Positions 56,461-64,000 of a stretch of 64,000 nt of DNA are shown here, piece by piece. The translations under genes were made by a program, and so were the position numbers. Source of the stretch: Histomonas meleagridis 2922-C6/04-290x (Eukaryota; Protista; Parabasalia). Position 1 is the stretch's first letter, and each line of letters starts with the position of its first letter. The notes beneath the pieces are model-generated. The model did no database searches, was not told the DNA's origin, and worked only from the letters and a program-made list of their open reading frames with translations. The stretch is from positions 372,001 to 436,000 of the forward strand of contig JAANOX010000033.1 in assembly GCA_020184695.1 (NCBI GenBank), written 5' to 3'.

Positions 56461-58693
56461 GGGGATGCCGAGCGTGGCTTCCCCAATCCAGAGAAACCTC
56501 TCAATTTTTCAATTAATTCAATTTTCAATTAATTCAATTTTCAATAAACGATAACTATGAATTTTGAATGTATCTGAAATTTCTTAATGTTATGACAAGA
56601 TAAATTGAATGAATTCATTTTTCAATCAACGGTACCTATCGTTTTATTCTTGAATCATTTGTATTTTGTTTTAAAATGTGACTTTATTCATAATAAGCAT
56701 GATATACACGTTAGCAACATACTAACAATGAAATAACATTTATATACATGAAATATATGATATGCACACATGAAATATATGATGTGTACACATGAATTAT
56801 ATGATATGCACACATGAAATATTTGATATGCTCACATGAAATAATCAACATCTTAAAGACATAAATATTATTATACATATAAAATATTAATATCAAATCC
56901 ATATCATTACAATTATTTATCATTTAGATGATATTTGACTATGTGATTTTTATTAATATAAATTTCTCATGAAAGTAAGTAAATCACTTTTGTGATTATA
57001 GCGGTAGCAAAATTCATAAATGTAATCTTCTAAATAATTACGATCTTTGTACTTATGAATTATCTTACATTGCTTTACAGCACTCCACATTGATTCAATC
57101 CTTTGAGTATGAACTTTGGTAATTGGATCAACAAAATTCTTATAATGATTTACAGTGAAATGGAAATATCCTTTTCTTTGTAAATCAATATAACCTCCCC
57201 ATTGATCAGAAATCACTGTCGAGCCTACGTTTACCCATTGTTTTATACATCTTTCTAGATTTTGTATATCTCTTTCAGGAACAATGGTAAAGTAGCATTT
57301 ATATTTTTTAATGACTTCGCATGCTTTAAAAACCCATATTGGCGAAACTTTCCTCCCTTTGTTATCTATTCTTTTGGTGGAAAGAGATTCATCAACTTGA
57401 ACAATTGAGCCAAAGGGGAAATTACTCATTTCATAAATGGTTTTTAGTACTGCTTGTTCTCTGGACTTCTGATGATAATGCGAACATGCATCATCACTAA
57501 TCCCTATTATCGATGCAGCTATATGAATTGGATAATCCATACAGAAGCATGCATAAACAAGGAAGAACTCATTGTCATTAATTTTTCCATTGTTTTTGGG
57601 GGAGAGAATGCCAAATAGAAAGATGACAAACGCATTTTCGATTCCGACATCGGTAGAATCTTTCATGTGGATAAAATGTCATAAAACTGTTACATTTTGG
57701 GCACATTCTGAGCATATTTGGATTTTGAACAATACCATAGAGGATGGCGATTTCAATAGCAGGGACATTATTGTGAATAAGTCGCAATATTTCGTTGGAG
57801 TCCAAGCTTCCGAAATGAATATTCATCAATGATAAAATGATATCAAACTTTATACGTTAAACGCACAATAAAGTATCTAACAATTTCTTTCAATATTTCT
57901 ACTTTAAATTCGGAAAGAGACGTTAACATACAAATATTTGCAAATGCATGACGTTTAGACACAATTTTTGAGATAATTATCTAGTTTCAGAAATTCAACA
58001 GATAAACCAATTTTGATACATAGTTTATTCTTTCAAGTTATAAACATAGTAAATATATCATATTTTACTAATAGATTAAAATATATCAAAATCAGAGTAT
58101 GTTATTTATCTTATAGCTACAAAACAGAGATTCGAAATAAATAATTAAATGTGACGGTTACTCACAAATAATTGAATGATTCTGATCGAAAAATATAGCA
58201 TGCCATTGAGTGAATTTAATTCGAATTCAATTAATTCAATGATTGATATGCACATTTTCATTATGTTTTTATTCCATCATATTACCTGTATGAATATGAT
58301 ATAAATTATTGTTAATATGTGCATATCATATATTTCATGTGTGCATATCATATAATTCATGTGTACACATCATATATTTCATGTGTGCATATCATATATT
58401 TCATGTATATAAATGTTATTTCATTGTTAGTATGTTGCTAACGTGTATATCATGCTTATTATGAATAAAGTCACATTTTAAAACAAAATACAAATGATTC
58501 AAAAGAATAAAACGATAGGTACCGTTGATTGAAAAATGAATTCATTCAATTTATCTTGTCATAACATTAAGAAATTTCAGATACATTCAAAATTCATAGT
58601 TATCGTTTATTGAAAATTGAATTAATTGAAAATTGAATTAATTGAAAAATTGAGAGGTTTCTCTGGATTGGGGAAGCCACGCTCGGCATCCCC
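56461..58693 (-). mobile_element. Merlin (IS1016/IS1595-like) DNA transposon with about 370-bp TIRs and 8-bp TSD TTGCGTGA
   Basis: Termini GGGGATGCCGAGCGTGG... and ...CCACGCTCGGCATCCCC; TTGCGTGA at 56453-56460 and 58694-58701; the TIRs are nearly identical and carry internal about 22-nt tandem repeats. Confidence 0.93.
56953..57829 (-). pseudogene. Merlin/ISXO2-type transposase with one frameshift near 57600
   Basis: The N-terminal zinc finger CPKC...YRCRNRKC (57578-57829) shifts into VQVDES, ISDQWGGY, HFTVNHYKNFVDPITKVHTQRIESMW (56953-57666). Confidence 0.88.
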
Positions 58694-58833
58694 TTGCGTG
58701 ATTGTTTATGTATACAATTAGTACATTCAAAAAGTGAGTTTTTCCGTAAAAACTTTTCTCTTGGAATTTCCCTAATGTATTATATTAGAATGTACGTTAA
58801 CATACACTCAAAAATATCTCAATATCATTCACA

Positions 58834-60532
58834 ATGAAGGCATTATTGGACAATTTTCCTCAGATAACTTCAGTACAACCTGCAATGAAACCTCATCCAA
58901 ATGCTTGTGCAAAACGAATATTTGGTTTAAGGTTATTCAAAGATGCAAGTTTCATTTCTGTTCCCATTATTCGTCGAAGTGACAATGCAAAAATTCATAC
59001 TGAATTCTCTTACTGCTGGAAATGCAAAAAGTGGCTAAAAATATTATTTTGTGCACAGTCATTTAAGATGCGTTCACTCAGAAGTTTTACAAGAATTACA
59101 GGTTAATCAAATTTCGCCATTTAATGAAAATCAATTCGATACGAACAAACGTTGATTGACTTCATAACATTTTCAATATATTTAGAATTACATTTGAAGG
59201 TTTGATATCAGATAAATTTGGAACAAAACCTTGCATCAATCCAGCATTCAGAGAAATATATGTGAAAAAATCGAGATAAATAAAGAATTCTTTATGAAAC
59301 TATTAATTGTTCACCTGAAAATTATTGGGCACCTTATTTTGATCAAAACCGTACTGAATTAATAGTGGCATGCAGATTAAACCCATCAACAATATGTATT
59401 TCATTGACCAATGATGAAATTTATGATGCTAGTTCATATTTGCTTAATGAAATTGGGAATAATTCTGAACAAACCAATCAACAAACAATGGCGTAGAAAT
59501 GAAATTCCACGTGTACAACAAAATGAACTTATTTCATACATTAATTCTACTGTATGGTGGCGGACATGTCGGTTGAACAAAATTTGATAAAATTTAATTT
59601 TTAACGTATTGTTTTTGATGAGAAAAACAACAATGTCATTGTCAATTGAGCATATATGAGTTGATTCGCAATATATACAATGATTTAGATAAAGACATGA
59701 ACAAAACCATTGCAATATTGGGTATTTGCTGAAATTCGATATATAATGCATTATAAATTCACCATGCAAGGAAGAAATAAAAAAGGGGTATGGATTCTCC
59801 AACAGGATAACGCCCCAGCACATGTTTCCGGGGAGACAATGGATGTCTTGAACAGATTGTATGTCACGCTGTTAGAAAATTGGACTCCATATAGCCCAGA
59901 CCTTAATATCATCGAAATGATCTGGGCTATAATGGAAATAAGAATTGAAAAGGAACAGCCGCAAACAATCATCCAGTTGATTTATGTGGTTAAAAATGTT
60001 TGGGATTCACTGAGTTATGAAACAATAAACGGACTAGTGGATGGAATGGAGCGTCGCCTGCAAGTGGTTAATCAGGATTATGGAAAAAAGATTTTCAGGT
60101 TGCCAAAAAGTGTGAGTGATCTGATTATATTAATTTCAATTAAAATCGAACTTTTTAATGAAAAACATGTATGTTGAACCGTTTAATTACAAATTTTGAG
60201 TCTAATATTGGTGAATTCGTCAGAAATAATCCGGCTAGTTTCGTTCAACCCACATGTCGGCTACTATAAGTATTTCAACAAATCCCTACTTTTGATTTGT
60301 GGTCATATTGGCATCAAAACAATAAAAGATGGCCAAAATTACACTCAATTGAAATGGATATATATATCATATACCTGCTTCCTCTGCTTCGAGTGAACGC
60401 TAATTTAGTAAAGCCAAAAAAATTGGCAATAGTATGCGTTTGGCAATGTCACCTGAAAAACTTGAAGATTAAATAATGGTCGCAAATAATACTCAAATTG
60501 CCAAGGGAATTTTATCAATGATTAAAACATAA
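58834..60532 (+). pseudogene. hAT transposase remnant (BED-finger-like N-terminus, C-terminal dimerisation domain), interrupted by an insertion
   Basis: FSYCWKCKKWL...(shift)HSHLRCVH; ELISYI; FDLWSYWHQNNKRWPKL...IPASSASSER*FSKAKK...RLAMSPEKLED. Confidence 0.72.
59571..60250 (+). mobile_element. 680-bp insertion with 12-bp TIRs and near-perfect 8-bp TSD, carrying a Tc1 DD35E fragment
   Basis: GGTTGAACAAAA vs reverse complement GGTTGAACGAAA; flanks GACATGTC/CACATGTC; internal WILQQDNAPAH...WTPYSPDLNIIEMIW with 35 residues between D and E. Confidence 0.55.
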
Positions 60533-60887
60533 ACCCATAAAAACCTCCATATTTTTTTCAATAACCTAACCCTAGAAAGTAATTTTTTGATATTAGTAAA
60601 TCTCTTTTTCGATAATCTAATACTCCAGACTTCCTAATATTATTTTGAAATATCGAATTATTAATTGAATAACATCTAATTGATTATCTGGAATAGAGAT
60701 TATTTGTGTCGTTTGAAAGATTTTGAATATGAAGTAATATTGTTTGTTTTTGATTTTTCATGCGTTTTTTTGAATTAAATAAATAATAATTTTGATATTA
60801 GGTGGAATAAACAAGATGTTTCATTAACTTTTTCAAAGAATAAACTCACCGTACCTATCAAATATTACATAATGAATTTGACATCGA

Positions 60888-61603
60888 TTGAGTTGGTTCA
60901 GGAATCCTACAAAAATAAAGGCTGAACTTACACCAGAACAAATCCAAAAAAGAGTTACATTTGGTTATTCATTATATGTATGTGAAGTTGATTTTGATTC
61001 AATATTATTATCAGATGGATCTAGAATGTTCCTTCACCCAGATAAAAGAAATGTTCGGCGTAGAAGGGGTTCACAAAATCCAAACATATATTGCTCACAA
61101 AAGAAATTTTATCAATACATTATGGTATTTGGAATTATAGGAATTAATTACAAATCAAAATTAGTTTTTTCCAACAATAAGTATTGATTCAGAACAGTAT
61201 TGTTACAATCTGATTCAATCGGTTGTACTTAGAATTGCAGACATTCAATCAAAAATCTTACAGCAAGACGTAGTTACTTCCCATACCTCATCACAAACAA
61301 TTTCATGGCAAAAAATAACAATAAACTTAATAATTGTTTATTAAGCAACCTAACTCTCCGGATCTTTCACCAATCGAAAATGTATGGGAGTTAATGGAGA
61401 ATTATATTACTCAAAATCATCCGACAAATATTAATGAGGTTAAAGCATTGAGTAGAGTACTGAGTACATAAACAATGTTTTAACATATGAAACAATTAAT
61501 GAACTCTGTTGAGGTTTTAAGCTTAGGATAAATGAAATGCTGCTTGAAAATGGAATAAATATCAATGATTTCATCAAAAAAATAAATAGTAAACATGTAA
61601 AAT
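60888..61603 (+). pseudogene. Tc1-like transposase remnant
   Basis: LTPEQIQKRV, ILLSDGSR, IMVFGIIG, ILQQDVVTSHTS, PNSPDLSPIENVW; several frameshifts and stops. Confidence 0.8.
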
Positions 61604-61689
61604 GATCGTTTTTTTGTATGCTTTACATATTAGATAATCGTCTTTTCTTAGATATATTACTCGAAATACACACAATTGAATTAAGGTAG

Positions 61690-62000
61690 GAGTCTATCGT
61701 ACTACAATATATTTAGCATCAGTTTATATACAAAATAGACACCCACAAGGAAAGCTTTTTGATATAAGTGTAAGGACATATAGAAGCAAATTACTATCAT
61801 TTATGTCAAACCTAAATATTAACACATCAAAGCTTGCTACCCATAGTATTAGAAAAAGAGATGCCCATGCTGCATCAATGGCGGGAATTTAAGATGTCGT
61901 CATTAAAGCACATGGCAGATAAGAATCAACGTGTTTTGCTCGATATACAGCTATCGATATGTCACAAGCTGGTTCAGCAATAAGTAAACAACAAATCTAG
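61690..62000 (+). pseudogene. Tyrosine recombinase C-terminal remnant, copy 2
   Basis: KLFDISVRTYRSKL...KLATHSIRKRDAHAASMAGI*DVVIKAHGR*ESTCFARY...QI* (HxxR, W-position and Tyr motifs); TAG 61998-62000. Confidence 0.75.
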
Positions 62001-62017
62001 CAAATAAAACTATAATA

Positions 62018-63322
62018 TAGGGTGTTCCACCCCAACCGTAGTATCTCTTTATATAGTAGAATAGATACAACAATATTTTCTATATAAATAAAAACACTAA
62101 ATTTAATGGGTTTTATTTTTTATTTAAAAATATTTTTTTGTCATGTCTATCATTAACTAATAGTCGATTTTTCTTCAATTGAATGCAAAAAAATGACGTT
62201 TAAAATTTTTACCCCACCATAATGGAGCTTGATCAAAAATCAATCACGATATATCTTGCGATGAAGGGAATGTCAGCAAAAGAAATTCATACTGAAATGG
62301 AGACCATATTGGGGGAAGAATGCATTTCATACTCAACAGTCTGTAAATACCTCAGACGTAAGAGTTTTAGTCAAACAATGTCACCTAACATTAGTGAACC
62401 GATTACCCCTATTGACGAAAATGTTGATTTATAAATTTTGAAAATTTTAGATAAATTTCCATATGCTTCAGTAAAGCAAATAGCTAAGTTAACAGAGATT
62501 CCAAACACTACTGTATATAGGTATTGTGCTGAAAAGCTTGGATATGAAAATAAATCTTTAAAATGGGTTCCACATTTACTTACGGAAGATATTAAAATTC
62601 AAAGAGTCACTAAATCAATCCAACTTTTAAAGACATTAATAATTGCAAAACATAACAGTTATAGATATTTTGTAACAGATGACGAGTCCTGGTTTTATTA
62701 TGATTATTATTATGTTCGATAATGGATACCACGAGGAACACCACGATATACAATAAGCAAAAAGACTATTACTCAAAAAAAAAAAAAATGTTGACAATTT
62801 TTTGGAATCCCCACGAATTTATTGATATTGACTTTTTTTCAAAGGGTGAAACATTTAATTCACAATATTATGTAAAATATTTTTTATCAAAACTTTCCAA
62901 AAAAAATGGTACAAACTTAAAAAAGGACACAAGAAAAATTACTGTACATGCCGACAATGCAAAACCGCATACGTCGAGATTCACAACTTTATATATGGAC
63001 TCCAACTAGTACAAAAAGGTACCTCATCCTCCCTACTCCCCAGATATAGCTCCTTCAGACTTTTTCCTTTTCGGATATGTAAAAGGAAAAATGGAAGGAT
63101 ATCAATATGAGAGTAGAGAAAGTGTTGAAGACAAAGTGACTTCAATTTTATTAAATATACCGAAAAATACTTTGCAAAGCGTTTTTGACGAATGGGAAAA
63201 AAGACTGAATAAGGTTATTGAAACAAATGGATGGTATATTTAAGAAACATTTCATTTTTATTAATAAATTTGAAAAAACTTTAAAAATTAGTGAGATACT
63301 ACGGTTGGGGTGGAACATCGTA
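62018..63322 (+). mobile_element. 1305-bp mariner (DD34D-type) element, full length but with a broken transposase (62222-63243)
   Basis: 30-bp TIRs TA(G/C)G(G/A)TGTTCCACCCCAACCGTAGTATCTC, each flanked by TA; motifs KWVPHLL, FVTDDESW, HADNAKPH and HPPYSPDIAPSDFFLF; three stops and one A-run frameshift. Confidence 0.93.
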
Positions 63323-63813
63323 TACATTAAAGAAGAATTTAATTCAATATGCAATGAAATTAAAAATGAAGCATATATGCATTATGCAAATTATGATTAT
63401 AATTCAATAAATGACGCAGGTAAAATTAATGGAATGTCTAATTAGTTAATAGTTATTTCAAATTCTTTAGCACTATTACTTAAACATCTTATATTAACGC
63501 TAGATAAAATATGCACATCATATCGCCCAACAAGATGGTTCAATACATTTAGAATTTGTGAATGGACAATTAAAATGAATAAATAAAATTAATTATACTT
63601 CATTTTTTTTCTTTGCTGAACATACACTTTTTTTTGAGAGGTCTATTTTGCAACCGGCACACATTACTATTCGTTCAAAAAGTGATATAAATGGCCAGAC
63701 AGACTTCACAAAATCATTTTAGTGAATCATGCAAAAAGTCATTTTTTGGGCTGAGCCCCTTATCATAGTAAATCATTGAATCCACTCTGAACGATGGGCA
63801 GGGTTTGATCGTC

Positions 63814-63846
63814 ATATATTGAAAAAGCTACGCTTTTTCAATATAT
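63814..63846. repeat. Perfect 15-bp inverted repeat with 3-nt loop
   Basis: ATATATTGAAAAAGC-TAC-GCTTTTTCAATATAT. Confidence 0.85.
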
Positions 63847-64000
63847 TACGAGCAAAACCGCTCGAGTCGATGGCGCTCGCAACTTCCCCAAAAAATCATA
63901 AGCTAAAAGGAATAATTCTCATCAAAAAGTGACATACTTTAATGCTCACATCAAACAAAAATGGTATGCCTACTATAAAGCACTTGTTACAAATGATCCC

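Noticed and set aside
1-64000. rRNA, tRNA or snRNA genes
   Set aside because: No recognisable conserved RNA-gene sequence seen by eye; a covariance-model search would be needed to exclude small RNAs.

Overview
AT-rich eukaryotic genomic DNA that looks parabasalid (Trichomonas/Tritrichomonas-like). The evidence is DUF3447-ankyrin genes, BspA-type LRR genes, a GP63 protease, an IBP39-type initiator-binding-domain gene with a parabasalid-type GTATGT...ACTAACTCATAG intron, and Inr/M3-like core promoter motifs; the organism is inferred, not proven. About 1-42 kb holds mostly intact single-exon housekeeping genes (RSPH4/6, Ap4A phosphorylase, LRR protein, Rab7-like, Kelch, GP63, DH-PH-FYVE, TTI1, Sin3-like, GH13 amylase) interleaved with ankyrin loci. 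About 42.8-64 kb is a dense field of mostly broken DNA transposons (Tc1/mariner, pogo-like, MULE, Merlin, hAT, tyrosine-recombinase remnants, an 88-bp mini-element) around two host genes. The most striking feature is the ankyrin arrays (14.0-17.1, 19.6-20.4 and 35.3-39.8 kb). Each 90-nt ankyrin coding unit is separated from the next by a length-conserved 80-nt spacer that breaks the frame. The spacer has a GT at a fixed position, a central dyad/hairpin with compensatory changes, and no usable AG acceptor, and every clearly shortened spacer is a stop-free multiple of 3. This suggests an undescribed non-canonical intron or recoding system; transcript data are needed to test it. Many frameshifts fall in homopolymers, so assembly error cannot be excluded for some pseudogene calls. 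No rRNA, tRNA or CRISPR array was found.
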